Source: Catajapyx aquilonaris (Eukaryota). Taken from it: 64,000 bases of DNA. Positions 12,701 to 27,700 of the stretch are shown here, piece by piece. Numbering within the stretch: position 1 is the stretch's first letter; the number at the start of each line of letters is the position of its first letter. The notes below the pieces were generated by a model. That model saw nothing but the letters and a program-made list of their open reading frames with translations, was not told where the DNA came from and did not search any database. A program made the position numbers and the translations under genes. Where the stretch lies: positions 1 through 64,000 of the forward strand of contig KZ538365.1 in assembly GCA_000934665.2 (NCBI GenBank), read 5' to 3'.

Positions 12701-15700
12701 TAGTGGTCATAGATTATTGAGTGTCATTAAACTACAGACTAGGAAAACCCTCGCTCGTCCGCTTGCATTTTCCTAGGGCGCAGGCCTAGAAACCACTCGC
12801 TGCACTCGCTCTTTTCTAGGCCTGCGGCCTGGGGTACCTATTAGGTGCACCGTATCGCCGGGGGCGCCGGGGGAGGGTGTAACGTTAGCCCTCCAGCAGT
12901 CTTCGAACAACCCGATTAGTGACAAGTGAGAACATGTCTGTCCTGTGTCTGTCGTTCCATAAAGGAAACTGACTCTGTAAACAACTTCACAGTAGTGCCA
13001 ACTGGGCAACAATACAGAGAAGTAATGAACAGTTTCCCCGGCAACTCAACAGAGGAGTTGTTTACACCCCATGGGGCATGAGTGGAACGTGGGCCAATGG
13101 GGAAGTGGCGGTAACAATATATGGGTGGACCAATCAGAGGGCTTGGCCCCCAAACTCCAGCATTTTAATATTATAGATTCCCTGACATTTGCTGGAGGAT
13201 ATTACTGACTGGGACAGATCAAGGTGACTCCATATTCCCCACCCGACTCTAAATCACCCCCTCTGCCCATCTGCTCTGTTTCCTGGAGGTGTCACCTACA
13301 GACCTAGTGATCACTAACAAATAAAAAATAGATCGTGAACTTCAATCATGAACTTGCTGATATGTGAACTCGGATTCAGTCTGAATTTGACCATGGAGTT
13401 ATGAATTTTCAATTTTACTGGGGTATGAATGCAGTGATGGGTCTGTTGCTCTTGAGAGGCTGTATTTTAAAAGTACCATTGTTTCCTTTTTTATATAAGG
13501 AATCTGCTAATGTTTATAAACTTTGATTCTAGATTATAGCTTTACTATACTACCTGCAAAATGCTGGTGTAGTAATACGTCTTGGTCATAATCAAGCACC
13601 CCCAATGGTATATATGTTATGGTAATCATGATTATAATTTGCAGTCATTCATTGATGCTGGAAATGAGTTTATGCAGTGGATAAGAGTGGCCAAGGAGAA
13701 ACTAGGAAAAATATCTGAACCCACTGGTGATAAGGAATCACTAAGCAGTAAAATCACACAATTGAAGGTACAATAAGAAATTTTTAGTGCATTTTGCAGA
13801 AATTGAATGAGGATAACTTGTGTTACAGGTCCTACAATCAGAGCAAGAAGAGGGTCAAAATAAATTGGACATTGCATTGGAAAAGGGAGATGTTGCCTGC
13901 AAAGTGGTAGATGAAGAAGATAAGGAGATTGTAGAGGAGGAAGTGGCACTGATGCAGGAAGAATTTGACACTTACTCGTAAGTATTTTAGTAAATAATAT
14001 TATACCAGCAGCTTTGTTGGACTGGTTTATTTTACAGAGACTCACTGAACAAAACCAAAACTCTCCTGGAGCAAGCCATAGTGAAGTGGACTGAGTACCA
14101 AGAGCAGTACCAGGAGGCCAGCGAATGGCTGACTCAGACTGAGGGTGTGGTCCAGGGCTTTAACAAGTTGCAGGACTCTCTCCAGGAGAAGAAAAATGTC
14201 CTGGAGCTCTTCCAAGGACACTTGCAGACTATATTTGACTGGCAGAAGGAACTGGATCGACTAAACATGAAGGCTCAAACACTGCTGGAAACCTGTTCTG
14301 ATTCAAGGATTTCTAATGCAGTGACCCAGCTGACAACCAAGTACAACACTTTGCTTTCTGTTGCCAAGGAAGTGATGAGGAGGTTGGAAATGCACTATCA
14401 GGTAAAGAATATACTCTTACGTTTATGAATGGTGAGAGAAGAGATGGGATTTATTTCTAGGAACATCAACAACACAACACCCTGTTTCAAGAATGTCAGG
14501 ATTGGATTGACCGAACACGTGAAAAGCTAACAGAATGCTCTGAGCCTTCAAGCAGCCTTCAGGACATTAACAACAAGTTGCAGACCTTGAAAGGAATCCG
14601 TCATTCTCTTGAGCAAGGCCAGAATAAGCTGAGGTCAGTAATGAGCAGCAGTTGGAATATCTTCTTAAATGCACTTATATGATATTTTTCCTCTAGATAT
14701 GTGTTAGAACTGAAGGAACGAGTGATCCTTAACACTGAACAGACTGGAGCTGCCAAAATTCAAGAGGATACTGAAACTCTAAAGCAGGAGTTTGAAAAAC
14801 TTATGGCAGATATTCATGATACAAGACAATCCCTCACAAACAGAGCCGCACAGCTGGAGGAACTCGAAAAGGTATGCTTGGCTGTCAGAAACTGTTCTTT
14901 GTTTCCAATCTGAAATATTTTTGTTATTAGACCCACAAGTTGCTGAATGAATGGCTGGAAGAAATGGAACTAAAAGCCAATGCTGATGGTGGAATTCTAT
15001 TGAGTGAACTGAGTGAGAAAAAGGCGATGCTCGAAAAGTACAGGACAATGCTACGGGATATTGCTTCACATGTGGAGCTGGTGAAGAAACTACAGAGCAA
15101 GTTGGACCAAGCTGGAAACGTTCCCCGAGAACCTTACATGCCAGCCCTCAAGAAGTATACCGAACTGAAAGAACTGGTCATGAAAAATGTGAAGGTCAGT
15201 TCTTCTTACAAAAAACTGCACCTTGGGTTTAGTATTGCTTTAAAGTTGTATTTTATTGGTTTTATGACTTGTAAAGTATGTGCATAGGGATGTCATATTC
15301 AGTACTGCACAAGTAACATAACTACATGTTGCTGTTAACATTTTTCCTCCAGTTATCCATGTTTTTGGCCTTCCTACAATTTGATCCTAATTTTGAATAT
15401 CCCCACAACTACCCAACCCTTATCAGCTGTTGAACCTTCCCACTTTATCATCCAATGTGTTGAAAGAGGACTCAAAGCATTCGTGGTTTGCTGCTGCATT
15501 CCAAGTCTGTAGGACTATTGCACCTGTCACTGTTGTAGGTGTGTCAGGTGGTGTTGATAGATAAGTGAGGAAATATAACAATAGAATGCTGATTAACAAA
15601 AGCTGGGCTGTGTGGTCAATTGTATTTTTTTAAATGTATATCTGCAATGCTATGCTTTATGTCTGATCATCATGTGTGTATCATGTTGTATGGTTTTTTT

Positions 15701-18700
15701 CAGGTGTATGAACAGCAAGTGAAAGATCATGAGGAGTATCGCCAGGCCTACAATGAGGCGTCTGACTGGGTACGTAAACTTCGTATTGAGGTCCAGCAAT
15801 GCAGCGACTCTCATGGGGAAAAAAGTCAGGCTGAAGATAAGCTGCGCAAGATCAGTGAGATTCTGCAGATTATTCCTGAGGGGGATGTGCTGGTGACTCG
15901 AGCAGTGACCTTGAGCAAGAAAATAATGGAGACAACGTCACCCGAGGGACAGGATATTCTTCACCAAGAGATGCGCCAACTCAAGTCTAACTGGGAGGAT
16001 CTGTGTGCCATGTGCAAAGAAGCACAAAAGACTCTTTCAAAGTGCCTCTCTTCATGGGAAGAATTTGATGATGTTCATGGGAAGGTCAAGGCCTGGCTGG
16101 AGGGTTTCCAGAGGCGTTTGGCAGCCCAGCCTGAGACTGAAAAGAGCAGCCTATCTGACCTGGAACACTGCAAGGATTTGCTTTCAGAGGCAAATCAGAA
16201 AAAAGCAGCTATGGAGGAACTGAATGATCGTTGTGAAGTGCTCATGGAGTACAGTGCATGCAACAGGGTCAGGGACCAAGCAGTGGCTCTCCAGGCAGCC
16301 TACACTGCAAGCTTGACAGCTGCCCAGGCACTAGCAGCCAGAGTGCAGAAGAACTTGTCAGACCATACAGAGTTCCTGAAGGTCAGGGATGAGCTGAGGG
16401 AGTGGCTGCGAAGAGCAGAGGGCACAGTTCAGGACTGCACTGGGGTCGGGGATGAGGAGGCAACCAAAGAGAAGCTGGACATCATTAAGGTAAAGGAATG
16501 TGTAATACCGGAAAGAAATTGTTTAAACTTAGGCTAATCCATATCCTGTAAGGCTAATTTTTCAGGTGATGAAAGCCTCTGAAAATTTCTATTTGCTGTC
16601 CTCTTTTTGATATTATCTCACCTACTGTATGTTTACTGTTATTGACACTCTGACATTCCCATTATCTCCCATCAACCATTTATTTTTCTGTTAACAGGGT
16701 ACTTTGATTCATTTCTGTTACAAAAAAAGTTGTTCAATATTGTGTAGTTGCTCCCATTTAAAAACATTTGAAGGACATCTGTTCATAAGATGGTTGTCCA
16801 CAGTGTGCAATTTAAGCCATCTTCACATACACATGGGACGAGGTTGCGTAAAAATATGGAGCATTTGACATTCACATAAGGTTCTGAAAGTGGGTGGTCA
16901 GGTCATAGCACACCTGATCCATTCCTTTCCATGTGACATTTATTAGCAATATTAGGCATCTGACCTGGCATGCCTTCTGCATAAATGACAGTATAATGTT
17001 ATGTATGCAGGGAATATTGAGAGAGAGTGGAAGTGGGTAAAAAACATCGATACCAGAAAGATGCTGCATAGAGAAAAGCAAAGGCATCAACCAGTGCAAA
17101 AATCTTCACAGGAGGCAGAGGTGGAATTTTCATCCCACTGCTAGTTACTGCTAACTTATCAGTACCATTGCCAACACTCTGGTACTGCTAAGTTAGGAGT
17201 AACTAACAGTGGGACGAAAATTCCACCCAAGGTTCCCCGATATCTGAGAACTGCTACAGACATACATATTTGCCAATCCAGTTTGCCTCAGGTCTTGAAG
17301 AATACTGAACTGCTTCTTTTTCAGTTGCTATCAACTCGTATGACAGAGGGCCACCACCTACTCAACATGATGCAGGAAGCATTCACAAAGGCAGTAAACA
17401 CAACCCCTTCAGACCAGCAAAATGTAATGCGCCAGGAAGTGAACGACATGAGAGCTGCCTGGAATAAGCTGTCCAAGGATGTGGAGTCTCTCATGATGCA
17501 ACTTGAGGCATGTACCATTTAATTTATTACCTTCCAGGGAGGCATGGTGGTCTGGTGGTTACGCCACTGGCCAGCCAAGAGGGAGGCTGGGGTTCAAATC
17601 CCGTCCCCGTCACCTCTGCTTGGCCGGGTCTTTTTCCGCTTTTCACCCGACATGCTGGGGCAGAATTGCACTCCCTACTCTGCCCAGGGCCAGGAGAAAA
17701 GGCCTGGTGTATTTCAGAAAGTCAGAAATTACTAATTACAGCGCCCTCCCTCAAGAACCTCCCCTTCCCCCCTAAAAGGGCTCCGCCCTATCATGGGGTA
17801 CATTAAATAATAAATAATAAAAATTATTATCTTCCATAACTTACAATTGATCTTACGCTACAGAATGCTGTCAGTCGATGGGAGGAGTACACCGAGAACA
17901 AGAGCAAGATTGCACGATGGATACTTGAGATGGAGGAGATGCTCAAGGATGTTCCTGACTCAAAGGGAGAGCTTGGAGAGATGAAGACCCTTATAGAGCG
18001 CTATAAGGTATGGAAGCATTATTTTGATATCACTCAATTTTGATTAACATCTTCGATCATCGATCTTGTTAAAGGGGGTCCACCAAGATATTTAGGGTAA
18101 TTGCTGGGGTATATTTGTCCAGTAAATATTCTAATATCAGTATGAGTAGTTCTCAGGTCCATCATTCTCATACAGCACAGTATGAACAAGAAGGTTGGCC
18201 ACATGCACATGTGTTAATTTGATTAAAGTATGATATTGTTATTATGTTTGCATAAAAAGAGTGTTACTTCCCAATATTGCATGGGGTTTCCCAAGTTTGT
18301 AGAAAGCAAGAGAATTTTGTGCTAAGAAAATGATTGAAGACTGCTGTATTGGTTGCTTTTCATGCATTATTTTCTGACATGCATCTCTAATATATTATTA
18401 CGTTCAGTTCAAGGTGCACATGTGCTAAGAGATTGAATGACAATGACACCTAGGGAGTCTTTTATTTATTGTTGGGCCTCTGCTGGTTGAAATTTTTAAT
18501 TTAAATTTTTTGACATAATGTTGTTCAGTTATATCTGTAATGTGAATCTTTCACTGGACTTTTTTGCAGCACATTCAATCCAAAGTTGAGAGCAAAAAGG
18601 CAGATGTGGATCGCCTGGTGTCAGAGGCTTCTGAGCTGTCTAGGTGGTCCCGAAGCAGAGAAATTTTACAGGAGGCCCACATGCTGCAGAAAAAGTGGGA

Positions 18701-21700
18701 GGAATTGATGCAGAGAAGTCGCAATGTGCAAGATCAGCTGGAGAGAGAGATGCAGGAGTACACTTCCTATCATCAAGCATTGCAAGACACAGAGAAGTGG
18801 CTACTTCAGATATCTTTCCAACTCATGGCTCACAACTCTCTTTACATAACAAACCGGGAACAGACACAAGAACAAATATCACAGCATGAGGTGAGTTTTG
18901 TACAAACCATTATATTCTACATTATTTGCAGTGGTCAGAGGGATGGAGTTGGCGAAAGGCATGTTGAACTGAATTGGGTGGTGGGTCAAACCTGAGCAAA
19001 TTCCAAATGTTTTAAAATACCCACCTCTCATTTCCTGGTAATGAAACACCTTTTACCAGTAATTTTTTGTGTACTTAGGCACTCCTGGATGAGATCAAGC
19101 AGTACCAGTCCACACTCAATGACGGTAAGGAGAAAGGTCGCAGGCAGATTGAACGATACATCAAGTCCACTCCAGGCATCAAAGAGGCTATTGAGAAGCA
19201 GCTCACCAATGTGCAGGATAGCTATAACTCACTTCTCAACACTGCTGTGCAGATCAAGGTCAGCCACTAGTTTCCTGATCTCTCTGATGTTTACCTCCAT
19301 TTTAGTTGGATTAATAGAATCTGATAATGTGTGTGATGATTCTCCAAATTAATTTAAAGATTTCATTTTGCAAAACTTTGTTTCTTGAGCCCCATAACAT
19401 TCTAAGCATAAACATTTTACAGTAAAGTAGTTGAACTAAGTTGTCCATGATATTGGTTGAAGAGGGTGTCATTGCTAAGATGTATGAGTTCACTGACTCT
19501 TATTCGTGTAGCCAAGCTCTTGGTGTAGCTCTAGAAGTGCTGAACATGGGGATTTTTTTGATTATTTTAGAAGCGCCTATTGGAGTCACTGGCAAAGTTT
19601 AATGAGTATGAGAATACCCTGGAGAGCATTATGAAGAACTTAGAACTGTGGGAACCTCAAATCTCTGCTGAAACTGAAGCAAGGGTACATAGCCTGTCTG
19701 CTGCAACAAAGTCACTGGAAACTGCACAGGTATTAAAGATTCTGAATATAATATTGGTCAGGCACTACAGTTAGCATTTTATTGGTAGGGCTTGCACAAT
19801 AAGCTGCAAGGAGAGAAGAACAGACTAGCCATGGCAGTGCAGGCTTGTGAAGCTGCGACAGCTTCCATTTCACGTCCAAGTAGTCCACAAGACACTCTGC
19901 CACCACCCATTCCAGATAAGGAGTTGGAAGTACGGGCAAAATTGGAAGACTTAGTTGATCAGGTAATGAACTGCATAATGGTGCATGCACGAAACCGTGT
20001 TCATAATTTTATATAAACATGCATGGCCAGTGAATTTCATTCTCATTTCCCAGACCCATTGCTTCGTAGAAGTTGTAATAGTTAAAGCTTATGAAGGGTG
20101 GAAATTTTTTGTTTGTAATGTGTAATCAGTAGTTAGCCATGTCACTGTTTATTTGCTTGAAAGACAAGTATGCTTTGTTTGAAACTAAACTAGATAGCAG
20201 TCCCCTCGCATTTTATAAGAAATAGAACTTTTTCATCAACATCGTCACAATGAATCAGTTACCAACTCAGTACATTTCCCAGCAGCACATGAATGTTCAG
20301 TGAACATTCAGGAATATACAGTCAGCATTATATTGAACATTGAGTGGAGTAAGTGAATGATAAGCAGTAGGCATTGGATTGTTTGTTCAGTGCCATTATG
20401 AGTAGCCCCTGTTTTACGATATGGTTAAGTTCCAGCAAAACAGAGTCATAAAGTGCAATGTCATAGGAGACCAAATTATAATGTAATTGAATGGGATAAA
20501 TTCCAAAATTTCCCTAATTTTCCCATGTACAGTACAGGACTAATATTTCTGATTTTTATGCTGATGAGTATTTGAAACATTAATGCACACATTTAATGAG
20601 AAATTCTGTGTTGAGGGTCATCAGATTCTGAGGGTTCCTTTCACGTCTTTGTCAAGAACTGCAGCATAATATAATATATTATGTAGTGTCTTGTAACAAC
20701 AGCTACAGTAGGCATGACAGTAGGCCTACTGAAGGAGTGCAGAGATCAATTATACAGTATTGCATATATCTATACACTCTGCCACAATGCACCACTAAAA
20801 ACAAAAGAAGTGTCTATTGCATCTTTGGGTTCACAGACATTGTATTGGGACAGAGATGTGTTACTGATTTTGAATGTTATCAATATTTTGCATGAAACAT
20901 TTAAAAGAAAATTGTAGGTCATTATTTTGGAAAAGGTGGTTAATGTGAAATGTCATAAAACAGGGACTACTTGCCTTCTATGACTGCCAGTTAAATGGTA
21001 AATGACCTACATGACATTTGATGACAAATTATATCCAACTGATGCTAATTACTGTGTGAGTATGTTTTTAACAGAAATTATCTGTGAATGTCTACAATGA
21101 GACTTGTGGATGTTCATCAAACATTAGCAGGATTATGGCTACGGCATTCACTAAACATTCATGTTACCCTGGGGATTGGGACGTTGCAGAGTACTCCTTG
21201 TGGAAAGGCAACAGATTTTGCTACCATTACTGCATTTACTATTGACTCTTCTATTTCCAAAACTGCTAATTTTGTGCGTCTTAAAAATGAAAATAATAAC
21301 TTTGGTTTTCCACAAGGAGTCAACCAACATTTGATGAAAGAGTGTACTCTGCTTGTTCCTGATAATTTTTGCTGTGGGTCTGGTAAAATATCATTGTCAT
21401 GTGAGTCATGTAATTAGTAGTTGTAGGCAGGCTCTTGGCTGCCATAGTTACTGCACTATATATGCATGGCATGTCTTTTAATGTTGTGTGCGTGTTATGT
21501 TGTGTGCCACAGGAATTGCCTGAAGAGAGTAGTCAGCACAGACTGAGATTGCTTTTAAAGATGGTCGAGGAATCTCAGGCCTTTGCTACCCTTGAAGCGC
21601 TAACCTCTAAGGTAAACTCATTCAACAAAATTGTGTAATTACATATCCACCAAATAAAATTTGTGGATATTTGTTAGGTCCAAAGCTGGATGTCATCTCT

Positions 21701-24700
21701 AACATCTATGGTCAATGAGCTGGATGACATAAAGCGTCAGAAAGAGGCCCTACACAAATGGGCTGGAGAGCAGGAGGCCCAGCTAGCAGACATGAAGTCT
21801 CGTCCATCCAAGTTGCGGTCAGATGCCTTTCAGCTTGAAATGGGACAACTGGGAGACCTGAAACAGGCTATTGCAGAAAAAAAGGCAGTACTGCAGGATC
21901 TGGAGGAGAGGGAAGGAAAACTTGCCCCTGGAGCCTCTATAAGCAAAGACCTCAAGGACCGTATTAACAAACTTGAAGATGAAGTGAGTATGAATACAAT
22001 TTGCTGGGATATAATTTTTTAAATGACCTGTGGTGAATTGGACAATAGATTAATAGTATTTGGTCCATATGTGACTCACCCCCATCCTCTCTTCTGCAAG
22101 CACTGTAAAAAAAATCCCCTACCTATAGGGAAAAGTATATAGGCATTGGCCTCTGAAGGAAACCTTTGGCATAAGATTTTAAAAATAAGTTGTATATCAC
22201 ACCTATGTGGATGTATTTATTGTATAAAGACAACTTTACTTATCAAGCAATGGTATTAAATTTAATAAATTACACTTACATTACAAATACAATTACATTT
22301 AAGTAGTCTTAAGGGCATTTTAAATATTAAGTTATATTTAAACCCACACGAAGGTCCGGTGATAGTCCCTATGGTGGGCAATAGGGGGTGGTTGCCACTG
22401 TTTTGGCACCAGATAAAAGGGTCAATCACAAAATGGGCTACAATGCTGGTAATTCTTAGTATGGTAGACTAACTTAAGTTACTGAAATTCCTTCTGTGAT
22501 AATATAACTTTGCAGGTGAACAAGTACCTCAGCAACAAGTCTGGGATCCAGCAACAGATTGGTGACTACCGTGCTATGTTCCAAGAGGTTCAGGCATGGT
22601 TTGATCAGGTGATTCACAAGCTTGAATCCCTTGACAAGGGCTCAGGGTTGACATGTGGCCAGAAGGTAGACCGTGTGCATGAGATTGCCACTGAGTTTGA
22701 ATCCTACAAGCCTCGCATTGACAACCTTAAGCGCAAGGCAACAGAGGTAGTGGGCCAAGTAAGCAACTTGGATGCACAGCAGATTGAGGAACAGCTGAAA
22801 TCTGTGGACCGAAGGGAGAATGACATACAAAAGAGAATTCTACGAAAGATGCAGGTTAGTAGGTTGGTTCAACTTCATTATGGAGTTGATGCAATAGACA
22901 CCACAAACCTGAACCTGTCACTTTTGTCAGTTGCCACAGTTGATGACACTACCTACAGTAATTGCTAATTTTATTCACTCACCATTTGCTTGTGAAGGAA
23001 TTTGGGTTAACAATCTACATCCCTTGTAACTAGCTTCAATGATGAATGTCAATTGTAATTGTTAGTGGATTTCATTTTTAAGAGAAGTACTAAAGCAATC
23101 ACACTGCTTTTGTGATTGCTAGATTCCCAGGATGCATAAATACTTAGGATAGAAAGTTTGCATCTTTTGTTACGAATTTAAGAAAAAATTTGTTTGCTCG
23201 AGATATTGTGCATCAGCAACCTACAAAAAGGTGTTTTGATTACAGTTGGTATGAATGCCTATTTTCCAGGTTCTTGAGTCAGTCAAGAGAGGCTTTGATA
23301 CCACGAGAGATGAGATCAATTCTGCAAAGCAGTGGGTTCGTGACTGCCTGGAAGAGCTGCAGTCATCATTGCTGCCCCTGGGATTTGAGAGTAGTGCAGT
23401 GGAACTGAAGCTTGGAAGGGTTAGAGTAACCCAGAAGGAGGCAGAGGGCAAGCGGGTACTACTGGACACCCTGGAGAAACGGGTGGAGGGGATGAGGGGT
23501 GAGCTGGAGGCTAGCGAATGCCAGGAATTAGAGGCAGGTCTTAGGACATTTGGAACCGACTACCACCTTTTGTGTGATAAGATCAGGCAGGCTGTGTCTC
23601 AACTAACCACTGCAGGGGATGCAAGGAGGAAGTTTGAGTCTGACGTGGATGCAGCTCATCAGTGGGTGAAAGACAAGAAAGGAGAAATCACAGATTTGTC
23701 TACACTGCCTCTTGCAGCCAAGGACATAGAGGGTCAGATCAACAAGTACAAGGTGAGGTTACTGGAAATTTAAATGCAGTTTTGAGTAGCTAATGTTTAC
23801 TATCCAATCAGCCTATGAGAACAAAACTCAAATCTGTGTTATGTTGAAGATCACATTATGCCACAGTATTAAATTTTACCTACTCTGGGATCACTCGGAG
23901 GTGGCGAAAATTATGAGATTCATAAGTACAATGCTGGACATTAATTCCGTCATACTGCTAGCGACATCTTCCAATGCGGCAAACGTGCGAATCGAAGTGA
24001 TAGAGTGCGAGCCGTGCGAGTAAGAAATGATAGGCCTTGGGTGACATCACTGGCTATGGACAAACCTTTTTTTCCATTGCCCCCCAGCTGGTGACGTAAC
24101 AATAAGGCCTACCTCTTCTTACTCGCATGGCTCGCACTCTATCACTTCGATTTGCACTTCTCGCGCATAAGAAAATGTGGCTAACAGTATGCCGTGATTC
24201 ATGTCTAACACTGTACAAGGTTCATTAATGAAAGTGAGCCTGTCAAGTGGACAATGTTACAAATCAGTCAAGACAGAAGTATTATAAAAATCCCAAGTAG
24301 TATCTTTTATCCATTTTGTTGACATCATAATGACAGGAGAGCTAGAAAATATTCCCAAAGGACACCATCCCTGTGTCATTGTTGTCCCCTCCCTCCACTC
24401 ACCAGGCCTTATCGAGTCAAACCACTATGAGGACAGGTGACACCCAAGAGTGTACAGTTGAATAGAGGAGGCTGGCAAGAGAAAATGAGAGCCAGTAATG
24501 GCCAGTAATGATTTGTTCAAATGTATTCCCCAAGACCACAGCTGTCCCACTGCCAGACCAAGCATCCAACACACTACCATAAAATTGCCATGATGACTGA
24601 TGGAGAATCCTTGGACATCATTGTCAGAGGCAGATGTATATTGGATGTTTGGTCCAGCAGGAGGACACACATGGAGTGGTCAAGAATAAAATTGCCAAGT

Positions 24701-27700
24701 TATTTGCAAAAATAATTGTGTGCCGTTGCATGAAGGTTGTGAAGTAGTGATCAAGGCCAATGACAGGAGAATCTCTGCCATAAATACAATAAACATCATA
24801 ACCTAAGCATAATAAAATCAGGTCAAGTAAAATGTTATGACTGCTGCTTTCACCTCCTGTCAAAAAGGGATATGAGTATAAAATGTTTGTTTTGAGGTTA
24901 TTTGTGTTGACCTTATGGCATTCTTGTGCAGAAAATTGAAGCTGAAGCTGAGAATTTTTACGACAGTCATCTGGCTGAGCTGAATAAACAGGGAAACAAT
25001 TTGATGAAAGATACTGATGAGAGGGATAAAAGCCGCCTCAAGAAGATTTTGGATGGTTTGTATCTGATTTTTAAAATACTTTCATTGCAATGAAGAAAAT
25101 GCATTTTTTGACCTTTCCTTTTAGAATTAGAGAATGACATTTTGAGCCTCAAGAATCTGATTCAGGGGAAGATTAGTAGCCTGACAGATGCACTTTCAAG
25201 TCGTAAGGACTTTGAAAAGGAACTTGAGAGTTGCCAGCAGTGGTTGCATCAGGCAGAAGTCTCTCTCTCATCTGATGTTACAGGGTCGACTAATCCTGCA
25301 GTTTTGGAGGAACAGCTGGCCAAGGTGAGTGACATAAGGATTATGGTGGGGCGAATAAATTTTTTACAATTTCTTACCGACCCTTTAAGGTTAGTGCTGT
25401 GACATGAAGTTTGAGTAAAGTACTTTTATAATTTATTACATGATGCTCAGACAAATCAGTTCATAATTGAGTTTCTGAATGCTTCCCTCAATTTAAGGGT
25501 CCCATATCTTAATCTCAATTCCCCAACTTTCAATTCAGATGTTGTAAGCGCCAATGTCACACTTAAATCACTTTTCAGTATGAAAAGCTGCGTGATGAAG
25601 CACAAGCTCTGTCAGGCCAGATTGGTGACCTCGTCCACAAGGGTCAATGTTTGGTCCCATCGCTCGCTGAGGCTGACCGTCTGACCCTTCAGGACAATCT
25701 CTCTGAGGTGGCCCAAAAGCATGGGCGCATATCTGCTTTGATATCTGACAGGATCAATGCTTTGCAAGGCAACATGCAACAGTATAAAGAGATGGAGTCA
25801 GCAGTTCAGGACAGCCTGGCCTTCCTGGGTGGAATCCAGAAGGACCTTGAGGCAGCTAACCGTCCTGCAGGGAGTAAACTGGAGGATGCTCAGGCCTGTC
25901 TTGAGAACTACGAAAAGATTCTAGATGACCTGAAAAATTACAAGCAAAAATTGGATGGCTTGCACAGCCAGAACTTTGGGAATATTGCTGAGTTGAAATC
26001 TGTGATTGCTCAGCAGGATGAACTAATCCGGATGATTGAGGCACAGATAGAGCGACTGCGTCGCCTCCTAATGCTCCAGCAACAGTTCCTGGAGCTGGTA
26101 ACAGAGATCACTACCTTCATTACAAAATACACTGAGATTGTGAAGGAGATTGAGCAAGGTGGGCGCACTGTGGAAGAGAAAATCAAGAGGTATGATGAGG
26201 TGATTGGGCGGATACAAGAATGTGAGGCACTGCTGACCTCTGCGGTGGACAAAGGCCAGCAAATAGCAGAGGAGGGGACAGTTACAGACAGGAATGCAAT
26301 CACAGAGCAACTTCAGTCACTCAAACAACAGCTTCAAGGGCTCCGTAGGGCAGTAGAGAAGAAACGGGAGGAGCATGAGATGACTGCTGCTGAGTACAGA
26401 AAGATGGCTGAGGAACTGGATGCAGCTATGGATTGGCTGCATCCTAGGGAAGTAACAGTACAGTCTAGGCCATTGCTGGAAAGGTCCATAGCTTCTGTAG
26501 AAGCTGAGATACAGATACATAAGGTAAGATATTGAAGTTGCTAGATGACACTAGGTAGGCCTACTGAATTAAAGCATAAATTTTACTTCTGCTAATGAGT
26601 TGTTGGAAAAATAATAGACAGGCCAGACTACTGCCAAGAATCCAATATGTAACGAAGTGTAACAGAAGAAACATATACAAGGAATTCATTGTGAAACATG
26701 GCACATTCTATTGTTAAATAATTGATGGAATTTTGTAATATAATTTTTAATCAAGTTGATATGAGTAAATCATAATAACCAAAAAGTCTCTTCCAGCTGC
26801 GAAGTGTTTAAGGCTGGCAACATATCATATACTCTAATTGTGAAATGTAGGAAAAACTATACTCAAATTGATGAAACATTGCGCAGAAGTAAGGTGCCAT
26901 GTGCATAAGAATGAGCCCATTTTTCTTCGTCATGTGGAGCAGATCATTGTCGCATTATATTATTTTCTTTGAGCATAGTACATTGGAAGGCATTCTTTCA
27001 CATCCATTGTATCAGGCATTGGAATGCTTGTTGTCTTTAGTTTTTTGACTGGTGTTCCAAGGTTTGGCACTGAAGAAAGGGACTATGAAAAGAACCATAT
27101 TTTTTGGTTCCATAAGGCCCCAAGTGTAATAATTTTACATATTTGCATTTTCAGACTCTGGCAGAAGAAATAAACACTCGTCTTGATAAGATTCGCTCAA
27201 TTCATGAGACTTTAAAGAACGAGGATGGTCTGCCGTATTCTCTAGTAGAGAAGCTGAGTGAGTCCAAGGTCCTCCTGAACACTATACCTAAGGCTCTAGA
27301 GGAGCGCTGGGAGTACCTGGAGAACAATTATGGTTACCGTGAACAGTTCATGGAACTGGTTGACAAGCTGCAGGGATGGGTGCAAGAAGCCAAAGAGAAG
27401 CTCAAGGCTGTGGAGAGTGGAGTTGACTTTGAAAATGTCATCACTGATCTGCAGGAGCATAAGGTATGTCTGGGCATAGCCAGCTAGCCTTGGTTGCTTT
27501 GGCTCTCTCCCAATAAAACAAACAAAACAAACCTAAAGGTGCTTTGACAGTCTGAAATTAGTGTTGGATATGTGGTGATTTTGTAGAGTTTTCTAAAGTA
27601 CAAGGGTGAATCAAATGAAATTCCAAAATCCAAAAATTTTAAACCAATGATGGCGCCCAAAACTTCGAATTTGCCCCCCACGATCTCTTTTGAATGGCAC

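Noticed and set aside
15290..15480. Possible LINE 3' fragment on the minus strand
   Set aside because: Too degenerate to support without a database search
17292..17324. Upstream in-frame acceptor adding VLKNTELLLFQ
   Set aside because: The added segment is the pyrimidine tract of the stronger downstream acceptor
10630..17806. Two similar ORFs (10630-10917 minus, 17510-17806 plus) that look like paralogous genes
   Set aside because: Translations of two copies of the same SINE
21074..21417. Acceptor-like site and 109-aa ORF in intron
   Set aside because: No compatible donor or frame; peptide not spectrin-like
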